DNA from: Oceanidesulfovibrio marinus
GTDB lineage: Bacteria > Desulfobacterota > Desulfovibrionia > Desulfovibrionales > Desulfovibrionaceae
Reading direction: 5' to 3'
DNA: 64,000 bases
Assembly: GCF_013085545.1 (NCBI RefSeq)
Contig: NZ_CP039543.1
Span: 2,633,322-2,697,321 of the forward strand
Part shown: positions 21,749 through 31,201 of the stretch, piece after piece
Numbering within the stretch: the stretch's first letter is position 1
Layout: every line of letters begins with the position of its first letter
The notes under the pieces: model-generated
Seen by the model: the letters and a program-made list of their open reading frames with translations, nothing else
Told to the model about the DNA's origin: nothing
Database searches by the model: none
Position numbers and translations under genes: made by a program

Positions 21749-22642
21749 ATGGAGCACACACCAGTTATTTCCTACGGCGAAATTGTCTGGGACCAGTTTC
21801 CGGACAAGAAGGTGCTTGGCGGCGCTCCGCTCAACGTCGCGTACCACCTTTATGCCCAGAAGTGGCCCGCGGGCATGATCAGCCGCATTGGCAACGATTC
21901 GTACGGCGCGGAAGCCCTTGAGCGCATTGAGCGCCTCGGCATCCCGCTCGACGGCATCCAAAAGGATGCGGAACTGTCCACCGGGCTGGTTCTGGTCTCC
22001 TTTGCCGCCAACAACGAGCCCAGCTACGAGATCGTCCAGCCCTCGGCCTGGGACAACATCCGCGAATCCGAGGTTCCCGAGACAATCACGCACGCGCCGT
22101 TCCACCTGGTGTTCGGCACCCTGGCGCAGCGCAACGGCGTGAGCCGCCGCACCCTGCAGCTCCTTCTGAGCAGGGCGCAGCAGAAGTTCTACGACGTCAA
22201 CCTGCGCCCGCCCTTCGATTTGCCGGAGCTTGTGGAAAGCTCCCTCCACGCCGCCGATGTGGTCAAAATGACGCGCGAGGAGCTGGGCCAGCTCAACGAC
22301 TGGTTCCTCCAGTCGCAGGAGACGGAAGACGCCGTGGCCCGCACCCTGATCAGAATGTTCGGCATCGCGGTAATTGCGGTGACCGACGGCGACAAGGGCG
22401 CATCCATATACGACAGCGAGCGCGCCTTCCATCACCCCGGGTTCCCGGTGGCCCAGGCCGACCCGGTGGGCAGCGGCGACGCCTTTTTCAGCGCGCTGAT
22501 CATCGGTTACCTCACAGGCGTGCCCCTGCAGGAGTGCCTCATCCGCGCGAACCGTCTCGGGGCCTTCGTGGCCTCGCAGTCCGGCGCCACCCCCGAGTAC
22601 CCCAAGGACCCGCGGCAGCTCGGGCTCATGGGCATCGATTAG
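21749..22642 (+). CDS. PfkB-family sugar kinase, fructokinase-like
   Basis: 297 aa ribokinase-fold. GG N-terminal motif and DPVGSGDAF anion-hole motif near the C-terminus. Confidence 0.8.
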   Translation: MEHTPVISYGEIVWDQFPDKKVLGGAPLNVAYHLYAQKWPAGMISRIGNDSYGAEALERIERLGIPLDGIQKDAELSTGLVLVSFAANNEPSYEIVQPSAWDNIRESEVPETITHAPFHLVFGTLAQRNGVSRRTLQLLLSRAQQKFYDVNLRPPFDLPELVESSLHAADVVKMTREELGQLNDWFLQSQETEDAVARTLIRMFGIAVIAVTDGDKGASIYDSERAFHHPGFPVAQADPVGSGDAFFSALIIGYLTGVPLQECLIRANRLGAFVASQSGATPEYPKDPRQLGLMGID

Positions 22643-22982
22643 CCGCGCCGTCCTGCCGCGGTATTGCCTTCCATATCGGAGTTATTGCCCGGCTCCGCCC
22701 TGCTCCCGTTGTCTTCATTGTTGAGCGTTGAATGCTGTTCGATTCGCTTCCTCAACAGATGAATCGTTGGTTCGTGCCATGCAGCGATCCAAGGCCGACT
22801 GCCTCCAGCCCGCTCTCCCTCTCAGCTGACGTACTACCCAGTTGCTTCTTCTCTTCAGGAACGGCCCGGCTCCAGCTGATCTGCCGCGCCCTTGACCCAC
22901 TGCATTGTTTTCTGTAGTTCGTAACAACAGATTTAATTACGTAACACTCTCCACGCAATTCTTGTCCAAAATGGAGAAGCGT

Positions 22983-24110
22983 ATGGCCTTGCCCCGCAAT
23001 TTCCGTCTACGCCTTGCCGCGGCGCTCTGCGCCGTGGGTGCGCTCCTGCTCCTCGCCGCCGTGCCCGCCCATGCGCGTACCATCACGGACGCCCTTGGCA
23101 GAACGGTCGACATCCCGGACGACGTGCAACATGTCATCTGCTCCGGCTCCGGCTGCCTCCGGCTGCTCACCTACCTGGGCGCGCAGGACATGATCGTGGC
23201 CGTGGACGACATCGAGGTCCGCCGCCGGCAGTTCGACGCCCGGCCATACGCCCTGGCCAACCCGCAGTTCAAGACCATGTCCATATTCGGAGAGTTCCGC
23301 GGCCACGACAACCCGGAGCTGATCCTCACGCTGGAGCCGCAGCCCCAGGTCATCCTCAAAACCTACACCACGAGCATGGGCTATGACCCGGACGAGCTCC
23401 AGGCCAAGACCGGCATCCCCGTGGTGGTGCTCAACTACGGCGACCTCGGCGTACAGCGGCCGCAGTTCTACGAAGCGCTGCGGATCATGGCCGGCGTCGT
23501 GGGCAGGCAGGACCGCGCCGAGGAGGTTATCGCGTACTTTGATTCGCACATCGCGGACCTGGAGCAGCGCACGGCCGACATTCCGGAGGACCAGCGGCCC
23601 TCGGTCTTCATCGGCGGCGTGGCCCACCGCGGGCCGCACGGCTACCAGTCCACAGAGCCCATCTACCCGCCCTTCCTGTTCGTGCACGCCCGGAACCTGG
23701 CCGGCGAAGGCGCCGGCAAGAAAATGCAGCACTCCGACGTAGCCAAGGAAAAAATCGTGGAGTGGAATCCGGACGTGCTCTTCCTGGATTTGGCCACGCT
23801 CCAGCTCGGCGACGAGGCCGGCGGCCTCTTCGAGCTGCGCACCGACCCGGCCTACCAGACCCTCACGGCCGTGCAGCAGGGCAAGGTCTACGGCCTGCTG
23901 CCGTACAACTGGTATTCGAAAAACTACGGCTCCATCCTGGCCAATGCCTACTTCATCGGCAAGGTGCTGTACCCCGAGAAGTTCAAGGATGTGGAGCCGG
24001 CCGCCCAGGCCGACGCCATCTACACCTTCCTGGTGGGCAAGCCCGTGTTCCCGGACATGAACGCCATGTTCGGCGGCCTGGCCTTCGAGCCCGTGCCCCT
24101 CACGCAATAG
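22983..24110 (+). CDS. Iron-chelate/cobalamin-type ABC transporter substrate-binding protein (FecB/BtuF/TroA class)
   Basis: Start moved to ATG 22983 (GGAGAAG SD 5 nt upstream; MALPRNFRLRLAAALCAVGALLLLAAVPAHA signal peptide). Class III PBP fold by similarity. Confidence 0.75.
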   Translation: MALPRNFRLRLAAALCAVGALLLLAAVPAHARTITDALGRTVDIPDDVQHVICSGSGCLRLLTYLGAQDMIVAVDDIEVRRRQFDARPYALANPQFKTMSIFGEFRGHDNPELILTLEPQPQVILKTYTTSMGYDPDELQAKTGIPVVVLNYGDLGVQRPQFYEALRIMAGVVGRQDRAEEVIAYFDSHIADLEQRTADIPEDQRPSVFIGGVAHRGPHGYQSTEPIYPPFLFVHARNLAGEGAGKKMQHSDVAKEKIVEWNPDVLFLDLATLQLGDEAGGLFELRTDPAYQTLTAVQQGKVYGLLPYNWYSKNYGSILANAYFIGKVLYPEKFKDVEPAAQADAIYTFLVGKPVFPDMNAMFGGLAFEPVPLTQ

Positions 24111-24118
24111 GACGCTCC

Positions 24119-25192
24119 ATGCACTTTGCCGATGGCGAGGTTCCTGCGGCGTACCGCCGCCACATCGGGCTCAAGGTCGTATTCATCGGCGGCTGCTGCA
24201 CCGCGCTGGCACTGGCATTGGTCACGGCCATCTCCCTGGGCGCGGCCCAGGTGCCCATGCTCGACGTGGCCAAAAGCCTGCTGGGCATGGCCACCACGGC
24301 GCGGTTCGACGCCATTGTCTGGAACATCCGCCTGCCACAGGCCCTGGCCAGCATCGTGGCCGGAGCCGGCCTGTCCGTGTCCGGCGCGGCCATGCAGTCC
24401 ATCCTGCGCAACCCGTTGGGCTCGCCGTTCACCCTGGGCATTTCCCACGCCGCGGCATTCGGCGCGGCCTTTTCCGTGATGATCCTGGGCGGCGGCATGA
24501 TGACCTCCTCCATGGTCAGCTCGATAACCATCACCAATCCCCTGGCCACCACCGCCGCGGCCTTCGCGTTCAGCCTGTCCGCAGCCGGTGTGATCATCGC
24601 GGTCTCCCGCCTGCGCGGGGCAACGCCGGAGGTCATGGTGCTCACGGGCGTGGCCCTGGGCGCGCTGTTCACAGCCGGCACCATGTTCCTGCAGTTCTTT
24701 GCGGACGACGTGCAGCTCGCGGCCATCGTGTTCTGGACCTTTGGAGACACGGCGCGGGCCTCCTGGCAGGAGCTCGGCATCATCACCGCTGCCACGGCCG
24801 CCGCCTCCATCTACTTTCTGGCCCACGGCTGGAGCTACAACGCCATCGACGCCGGCGACGAAACGGCCAAGGGCCTGGGGGTGCGCGTGGAGCGCGTCCG
24901 CATGGTCGGCATGCTCATCGCCTCGGCGCTCACGGCCGTGATTATCTCCTTTCTCGGCGTCATCGGCTTCGTGGGGCTGGTGGTGCCGCACATGGTCCGC
25001 CGCGTCATCGGCTCGGACCACCGCTTTCTGCTGCCGGCCTCCATTGTGGGCGGCGGGCTGCTCCTGCTCGTTTCGGACACGGCCGCGCGGCTTATCCTTG
25101 CGCCCCACGTGCTGCCCGTGTCCGTGCTCACGGCGTTCATGGGCGCGCCTGTCTTCATCTGGCTGATCATTCGAGGCCGCGGAGGACGATGA
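24119..25192 (+). CDS. FecCD/BtuC-family ABC transporter permease
   Basis: 357 aa, about 9-10 TM. Start re-assigned to ATG 24119; the track ORF starts at 23762 in-frame through the preceding gene. Confidence 0.85.
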   Translation: MHFADGEVPAAYRRHIGLKVVFIGGCCTALALALVTAISLGAAQVPMLDVAKSLLGMATTARFDAIVWNIRLPQALASIVAGAGLSVSGAAMQSILRNPLGSPFTLGISHAAAFGAAFSVMILGGGMMTSSMVSSITITNPLATTAAAFAFSLSAAGVIIAVSRLRGATPEVMVLTGVALGALFTAGTMFLQFFADDVQLAAIVFWTFGDTARASWQELGIITAATAAASIYFLAHGWSYNAIDAGDETAKGLGVRVERVRMVGMLIASALTAVIISFLGVIGFVGLVVPHMVRRVIGSDHRFLLPASIVGGGLLLLVSDTAARLILAPHVLPVSVLTAFMGAPVFIWLIIRGRGGR

Positions 25193-26004
25193 TGACCAAC
25201 AATCCGCACCACCGGCATATCCATCCGGACGCTATCGCCGGGACCATGCTCCTGGAGATCGACGGCCTGACCTTCACCTACAACAGCCACCCGGTGCTGG
25301 ACGGCGTCTCGTTCCAGGTGGCGGCCGGCGAGCTGCTCGCCATCCTCGGCCCCAACGGGGTGGGCAAGACCACGCTGCTCAAGTGCGTCAATTCCATCCA
25401 CAGGGCCAGCGGCGGCGCGATTCTCGTGGACGACCGCAACGTGCTGAAGATGTCCGCCGGCGAGATCGCCAAGGAGATCGGCTACGTGGCGCAACGGTCC
25501 GAGGCTGCGCGGCTCACCGTGTTCGACGCCGTGCTCATGGGCCGCAAGCCGCACATCCGTTGGCGCGTCTCGGACAACGACCTCAAGATCGTAGACGCGG
25601 CCCTGCGCCGGCTGCACATGGACCACCTCTGCCTGCGCTACATCGACGAGCTCAGCGGCGGCGAGCTGCAAAAGGTCTGCATCGCCCGCGCCCTGGTGCA
25701 GGAGCCGCGCCTGCTGCTCCTGGACGAGCCCACCAGCTCCCTGGACCTGCGCAACCAGATGGAGATCATGACCATGATCCGCCGCGTGGTGGACGAGCAC
25801 GGCGTGGCCGCGGTCATGACCATGCACGACCTGAACACGGCACTGCGCTTTGCGGACAAGGCCCTGTTCCTCAAGGATGGCGGCGTGCACGCGGCCGTCT
25901 GCCCGCGGGAGCTGACCCCGGAGATCGTGGAAACCGTGTACGGGCTGCCCGTGGCCGTCCACCACATGGACGGCGGCCCGGTCATCGTGCCGGCGGCGGC
26001 CTGA
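25189..26004 (+). CDS. Iron-chelate/B12-type ABC transporter ATP-binding protein
   Basis: 271 aa. Walker A GPNGVGKTT, signature LSGGELQKV, Walker B LLLLDEPTSSLD. Overlaps permease stop. Confidence 0.85.
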   Translation: MMTNNPHHRHIHPDAIAGTMLLEIDGLTFTYNSHPVLDGVSFQVAAGELLAILGPNGVGKTTLLKCVNSIHRASGGAILVDDRNVLKMSAGEIAKEIGYVAQRSEAARLTVFDAVLMGRKPHIRWRVSDNDLKIVDAALRRLHMDHLCLRYIDELSGGELQKVCIARALVQEPRLLLLDEPTSSLDLRNQMEIMTMIRRVVDEHGVAAVMTMHDLNTALRFADKALFLKDGGVHAAVCPRELTPEIVETVYGLPVAVHHMDGGPVIVPAAA

Positions 26005-26031
26005 ACCTCAACCATACGACAGGTGAATCGC

Positions 26032-26643
26032 ATGCCTTGCACCATCGACCAGCAGATCATCGACGAGATCATCTCCTTCCACGGCCACGACTGCCCGGGC
26101 CTGACCATCGGCATCCGCGCCGCCGAGCTGGCGCTGCTCAAGCTCGGCTCCCCGGACGAGACCGAGTTGGTCGCCGTGGTGGAAACCGACATGTGCGGCG
26201 TGGACGCCATCCAATTCCTCACCAGCTGCACCTACGGCAAGGGGAACTTGATCCACAAGGATTACGGCAAGATGGCCTTCAACTTCTACGACCGCAACAC
26301 GGGCGACGGGTTCCGCGCCCTGATGCGGCCGGACCTGCGTAACGACGTAGACGAGGAGCACACCGAGCTGGAGCGCAAACTCGCCGAGGGCACGGCCACC
26401 GAAGCGGACAAGGCGCGCAACGCCGAGCTCTACAAGCTGCTCCAGCAGCGCTTCCTCGATCTGCCCCTGGAGGAGATGTTCGAGGTCATGGAGCCAAAGG
26501 AGTCGGTCCCCTCGCCAGCGCAGGTCCTGGAGAGCCTGGTCTGCGAGTCCTGCGGCGAGAAGACCATGGAGTCCCGCACGCGGCGGTTCGGCGGCAAGAC
26601 CCTGTGCATCCCGTGCTTCAACGCCGTGGAGCAGAAGGTCTAG
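26032..26643 (+). CDS. FmdE/FwdE-family protein with C-terminal zinc ribbon
   Basis: About 203 aa. HGHDCPG motif and C-terminal CESCGEK...CIPCFN four-cysteine ribbon, characteristic of the FmdE family. Confidence 0.7.
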   Translation: MPCTIDQQIIDEIISFHGHDCPGLTIGIRAAELALLKLGSPDETELVAVVETDMCGVDAIQFLTSCTYGKGNLIHKDYGKMAFNFYDRNTGDGFRALMRPDLRNDVDEEHTELERKLAEGTATEADKARNAELYKLLQQRFLDLPLEEMFEVMEPKESVPSPAQVLESLVCESCGEKTMESRTRRFGGKTLCIPCFNAVEQKV

Positions 26644-26707
26644 CAACGGCGGTACTTTCCGAGGTCCGGCTCTCCCCCCGCCTGCCGGCAGTCATCGCAA
26701 AGCAAAA

Positions 26708-26733
26708 GGGCCGGGGATGTGCATCCTCGGCCC
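26708..26733. terminator. Bidirectional rho-independent terminator between convergent fmdE-like (plus) and ABC-ATPase (minus) genes
   Basis: GGGCCGGGGA-TGTGCA-TCCTCGGCCC stem-loop (one G-U wobble) followed by TTGTTTCT. Confidence 0.5.
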
Positions 26734-26783
26734 TTGTTTCTCTGTACTTGTTGCGGCTTGCGCCGGCACTCTTCGCGCGTGCC

Positions 26784-27554
26784 CTACTCCAGCGGCTCCC
26801 CTTTTCTGAGCCGTGAACGGATGCCCGCGTACTCCTCCTCCATCTGTTCCAGCCTGGCAAGAAGCTGCTCTTCCGCCTCGGAGCGCATCAGTACGTCGCG
26901 GACGGCGCCGTTCTCGAACACGAGGCGCCGGTTGGCGGACAGGGCCAGCACTGGGTCATGCGTGGCGATGACCACGATCTTGTCGCTCTTCACCAGAAGA
27001 TCCAGGGCGCGGCTCTTGTCCACGCCGGCGTTCTCGATCTCGTCGATGAGCAGGATGGGCGACCAGCTGAGCAATGCCGCGTCCGCAATCATCAGGGAGC
27101 GGGACTGCCCGCCCGAGAGCTGCGTGAGCTGCACGTCCGGGTGGAAGGGCTCGCCGGCCAGGTCGTTGGCCGCCTGGATCACCGTGTCGGCCGTAGCCTC
27201 GGGGTCGTCCGCCTCCCGGCTTTCGGCGTGGGTGCGGATGAAGTCGCGCACGCCCATGTCCAACACAAAGTTCATGTTCTGGCTGAGCTGGGCCACCAGC
27301 CGACCCTGGAGCTCGAAGCGGCGTTCCGGGTCGGGCTTGGCGTCGTCCAGCAGCACGCAGCGGTTGGACGGCGTGTCGCGGTCGGCCAGGGACTCGATGT
27401 CGTAGAGGAAGCGGCTCTTGCCCGATCCCGTGGGACCGAGCAGCGCCGTGATCTCACCCGGGGAGAAGACCACGTCCATGGTCTCCGCCCTGCCGGACTT
27501 GTCGTGCCCCGAAGTGACGGTCACGCTCTGCAGCGTCAGGATATCACTGCTCAT
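26784..27554 (-). CDS. Stand-alone ABC-type ATPase (no cognate permease in the operon)
   Basis: 256 aa. Walker A GPTGSGKS, signature LSGGQSRSL, Walker B ILLIDEIEN, H-loop ATHD. Acidic coiled-coil C-terminal tail. Start overlaps the upstream gene's stop by 11 nt. Confidence 0.75.
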   Translation of the reverse strand: MSSDILTLQSVTVTSGHDKSGRAETMDVVFSPGEITALLGPTGSGKSRFLYDIESLADRDTPSNRCVLLDDAKPDPERRFELQGRLVAQLSQNMNFVLDMGVRDFIRTHAESREADDPEATADTVIQAANDLAGEPFHPDVQLTQLSGGQSRSLMIADAALLSWSPILLIDEIENAGVDKSRALDLLVKSDKIVVIATHDPVLALSANRRLVFENGAVRDVLMRSEAEEQLLARLEQMEEEYAGIRSRLRKGEPLE

Positions 27555-28245
27555 GCGCGCCTCCGAAGGTCACCTTTTTCACGTTGCCCTTCTGGTAGCG
27601 GCTGCCAATGCGGGTTTCGCTGAGGCAGTAGGAGCAGACCGCCGCGGGCATGGGGAAGCGCAGGCGCATGTCCGTGACCTTCTCGATGGACGGCGCCATG
27701 GCCAGGATGGTAGCCAGGTCCCGGCAGCCCTGCCCGGTCAGGCCGTTGATGTGCCTGATTATGGCCTTGGAGTTCATCTGGCGGATGCGGTGGCGGTAGA
27801 CCTCGCGCTCGGCCTGGGAGACCAGGTCTCCTTTGGTCACCAGCACCAGGTCGGCCATGCGCAGCATGGGACCGATCTTCTTGGGCGCCTCGATGCCCAT
27901 GAGGTTGTCGATGACGCACAGACCCAGCACGCCGCGCAGATGCGGCGAACAGCGGTTGCACAGCCCGGCCGTCTCGATGACGCAGCACTCGGCCCCGGCG
28001 TCCTTGGCCCAGGCAAAGGCTTCCTCCAGGTTGGTGGCGAAGAAGTGGTCCGGGCACAAACCGCCGGAGAGCACGGCAGTGGCCGGAATGCCGGCGGCCG
28101 CGTAGATGTCCGAATCCCTGGTCTGCAGGCAGTCGAACTTGACCACGGCGCAGGAAACGCCCTGGCGCATCAGCTCGGCGCAGGCCTTGGTCAGAATCGA
28201 TGTCTTGCCGCACGAGGGCGGCCCGGCCACGGTCACGAGTCGCAC
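27544..28245 (-). CDS. G3E-family P-loop GTPase, HypB/UreG-like metallochaperone candidate
   Basis: Start assigned to GTG 28245 (AGGAGA SD 4 nt upstream; overlaps upstream stop by 13 nt). P-loop GPPSCGKTS at the very N-terminus, ETAGLCNRCSP (HypB ENVGNLVCP-like cysteine motif), and TKGD as an NKxD variant. Confidence 0.6.
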   Translation of the reverse strand: MRLVTVAGPPSCGKTSILTKACAELMRQGVSCAVVKFDCLQTRDSDIYAAAGIPATAVLSGGLCPDHFFATNLEEAFAWAKDAGAECCVIETAGLCNRCSPHLRGVLGLCVIDNLMGIEAPKKIGPMLRMADLVLVTKGDLVSQAEREVYRHRIRQMNSKAIIRHINGLTGQGCRDLATILAMAPSIEKVTDMRLRFPMPAAVCSYCLSETRIGSRYQKGNVKKVTFGGAHEQ

Positions 28246-29258
28246 GGCGTCTCCTGAACCAGGCGGCGGAAGGTGGCGTTCAGCTCGTCGCGCACCACCG
28301 TAATGTCGTTGCCGCGGATGAAGTCCCAGCCCACCCACTTGATGCGCGCATCCGGGGCGAGGTTGTCTGGTGCGGGGCCGCCCAGGGGCAGGAACCAGCG
28401 GGCGCTCGGAATTTCGCCGAAACCCTTGGTGAAGAACTCCAGCAGCTTGTCCAGCCTGGGCCGGGCCGAGCGTTTGGCCAGGAAATAGATGGGGCTGGCG
28501 GCCGTGCCGTCTTCCGGCCAGATCACCTTCATGTGCTCGGGCTGCAGGGATGTTTCCGCAAAGAAGTACGGCAGGATGTAGATGCCGCCGCCCAGCGCCG
28601 ATCCGCCGGACTTGCCCATGCGCGAGGAGTGCATGAGGCCGTGCGCGTTGGCGGCCAGCGCCTCGATGCCCTCCATGCCGAACTCCTTGTAGATGCTCAT
28701 CAGCGCGGCGTCGGCCATGTCGTCGCCGTCTCCGCACATGTTGATCTGCCCGCGGTAGCGCGGATCGAGCAGGTCCTCCCATGTTCGCGGCGGCGGGGTA
28801 TCGCCCAGGCGCTTCATGTCCGCCATGAAGATGTACGGTGTGAGCGCGTAGACCGTGTAACGGCCTTCCGGGTCCACAATGCCGGCCTGCTCGTGCAGGG
28901 GGTGCACCTTCTCGGGCAGCACGGCTTCGAACACGCCGGTGTTGACGAAGCGGTCGACAAAGCCTTTGCGGAAGAAATCACCGAAGCCGATGGAGGCGAT
29001 GATGTCCGGCAGCCTGTCCGGGTCGGTTTCCAGATGCAGGGGATCGTACGGGTCCACCGAGGTGCACCCCATGGGAATATGGATGCTAACGGGGTCGCCG
29101 GCGTCCTCATACGCCTGGAGCACGGCGTCCAGCCGCTCCTTGACCGCCAGCTTGACCGGACACGGGGAGTACAGGAGCAGATCGAGCTCGCCGGGGTCCG
29201 GGGTGTCCTGCTGGCCCGACTGGATGACCGAGGCCATGAGCTGGTCGAGTGTCTTCAT
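28233..29258 (-). CDS. Periplasmic-binding-protein-fold (type II SBP-like) protein without signal peptide
   Basis: Start re-assigned to ATG 29258 (AAGGAAAG SD). 341 aa with a soluble N-terminus (MKTLDQLMASVIQSGQQD). Overall resemblance to small solute/metal ABC substrate-binding proteins but apparently cytoplasmic. Function unknown. Confidence 0.5.
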   Translation of the reverse strand: MKTLDQLMASVIQSGQQDTPDPGELDLLLYSPCPVKLAVKERLDAVLQAYEDAGDPVSIHIPMGCTSVDPYDPLHLETDPDRLPDIIASIGFGDFFRKGFVDRFVNTGVFEAVLPEKVHPLHEQAGIVDPEGRYTVYALTPYIFMADMKRLGDTPPPRTWEDLLDPRYRGQINMCGDGDDMADAALMSIYKEFGMEGIEALAANAHGLMHSSRMGKSGGSALGGGIYILPYFFAETSLQPEHMKVIWPEDGTAASPIYFLAKRSARPRLDKLLEFFTKGFGEIPSARWFLPLGGPAPDNLAPDARIKWVGWDFIRGNDITVVRDELNATFRRLVQETPCDS

Positions 29259-29564
29259 TGCTTTCCTTTTTGTGACAGGGGCGTCTACAATTTTGAAACA
29301 GTTCAGCGCGGTGCGCCGGGATTTCCCGCTGCACCGGCGTACATCTTTCAGTTCGAGCAAGGCCCATGCCAGCACCGTTGCCCGATTCCAGACCGCTGGG
29401 GCATGTATCCGAAGCATTGCCCGCATTTTGTGTTGGGGAATACGTATGCCCCTCGTGACGCTTTTTCAAGGGAAAGCGACATACTCAACACGCACCGCCC
29501 AAAAACAAACGGCTGAAGAGCAGCGCTCCCCAGCCGTCCAGACCACAAAGCGGCGTGGTTGTGT

Positions 29565-30044
29565 TTACGAGTCCTTGCCGGGCGTCGGGTTGATCTTGCC
29601 GACCATCGACTCCACGGCGATGCGCACCACGGCCGTACGCCCCAGAACCTTCTCGTCGTACTCGCCGACGGGGCCGTCGTAGTGCGCCATGATGGCGTCC
29701 AGCCCCTTGGCCTTCTCCGCCGGATCGGTCAGCAACGCAGCTCTGCCGAAACCGCTCACGGACTTGAAATGTGTGGTAAAGCCGCAGGCCTTGTCCGCGC
29801 GGACGATCGCGTGTTCAGCAATGGCCACAAAGCTGACCATACCGTTCTTCTGCACGCACTCGACCTTGCGACCGTCCGGCGCGCTGTGGAAGTAGATGGC
29901 TCCATCCTTGTAACCGAAGTTCACCGCCACGACGTACGGCTGCTCGCCGTCCCAGAGCCCGAGCTGAATGACCTCGCACCGCAGCAGCAGCTCCTCCACC
30001 TGGGCCTTATCCTCGATTGCCCGCTCCTTCTTGCGCATGCTCAT
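29565..30044 (-). CDS. Pyridoxamine 5'-phosphate oxidase-like FMN-binding split-barrel protein
   Basis: 159 aa. PNPOx/NimA-like family by sequence pattern (..VVAVNFGYKDGAIYFHSA..). Confidence 0.7.
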   Translation of the reverse strand: MSMRKKERAIEDKAQVEELLLRCEVIQLGLWDGEQPYVVAVNFGYKDGAIYFHSAPDGRKVECVQKNGMVSFVAIAEHAIVRADKACGFTTHFKSVSGFGRAALLTDPAEKAKGLDAIMAHYDGPVGEYDEKVLGRTAVVRIAVESMVGKINPTPGKDS

Positions 30045-30385
30045 GTCTCCTCCATCATTCTGGTGAAAAAGTTCTGCTCATACAGGCTGTTCCAAACCGT
30101 AGCGAGACGGCCATTCACTGTTGTATGGACGGGCCCGGCGTCCGAAAGAAGCCGTGCCATCCTCAATACAACGAGTCTGGCTCTTTCGGCCCAGCGTGTC
30201 CACCATTATGGACATCGCGCCGGCCTGCGTGGCCGGGCGGCCCTGCGCGCATACGCCCCCTCGGACGTTACCAAAGACAACCAGATGCAACCATTCCGCA
30301 AAGACGAAGCGAATATCCGATTTTTCTTGACTCGATTTGACCCCTATGGGAACTTTAACGAAACATTCAACAAGGTTGTAGCGTC

Positions 30386-31033
30386 ATGCTGACAGGGTTC
30401 ATCCAAAGCCTCGGGGGCAGCTTGCCGTATCTCATCATCCTTGCTGTCAGTTTTCTCGTCTTTCTGACCATGACGTTTCTCTCCTTTGGCGGGGAGGACG
30501 CCGACGGCTCCCACCTGGACAGCGGCGCCGGCGGGGACACGGCCCATGGCGACGCGCCCGATGACATGGGTGACGTGGGCGACGACCTCAGCCACGGCGA
30601 CAGTCACGATGGCCATTTCCGCGGTCTGGTCCGCTACCTCTCCTTCCGCAACCTCATCAACTACCTCATGGGGTTCGGCGCTGCCGGCTTCCTGGCCATG
30701 CAGGCCGGACTGCACCCCTTCTGGGCCGCCAACTGCGCCGTGGCGGGCGGAGCCATCGCCGCCTTTGTCATGTACAAGCTCATGGCCGCGCTCTACTCGC
30801 TCTCCGAAGAGCAGGAGGACGACATGAGCGACGCCGCCGGCCAGATCGGCCGCGTCTACATCGAGATCGGCGCAAATCGCTCCCGCCGGGGCAAGGTGCT
30901 GGTGACCACCAAGAGCGCCCAGCGCGAGTTCGCGGCACTCACCGACAACCCGTCGCCCCTGCCGATCCACGCTTCCGTGCGGATCACAGCCTGCGAGGGG
31001 GACTGCCTGGTGGTGGAGCCGCTGGCCGAGTAG
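30386..31033 (+). CDS. NfeD-like membrane protein (flotillin partner, YuaF/YqiJ-type)
   Basis: 215 aa. N-terminal TM, acidic His/Asp-rich linker, further TMs and a C-terminal OB-fold-like beta region. Immediately upstream of a flotillin gene, the typical NfeD-flotillin operon. Confidence 0.6.
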   Translation: MLTGFIQSLGGSLPYLIILAVSFLVFLTMTFLSFGGEDADGSHLDSGAGGDTAHGDAPDDMGDVGDDLSHGDSHDGHFRGLVRYLSFRNLINYLMGFGAAGFLAMQAGLHPFWAANCAVAGGAIAAFVMYKLMAALYSLSEEQEDDMSDAAGQIGRVYIEIGANRSRRGKVLVTTKSAQREFAALTDNPSPLPIHASVRITACEGDCLVVEPLAE

Positions 31034-31201
31034 GCCGAGCCGATTTCGCAACATACATTGTGTAATATCTTTCGGCGGTGCGGACCACGCCCGCCTGCCG
31101 GACCATTGTCCAAGGAGCGCCGCACCTCGACCCTTTGAACGCCGCATCCCAATGAAAGTACATCCGCACCGACACTGCACCCCTTCTCCCAGGAGCTCTT
31201 C

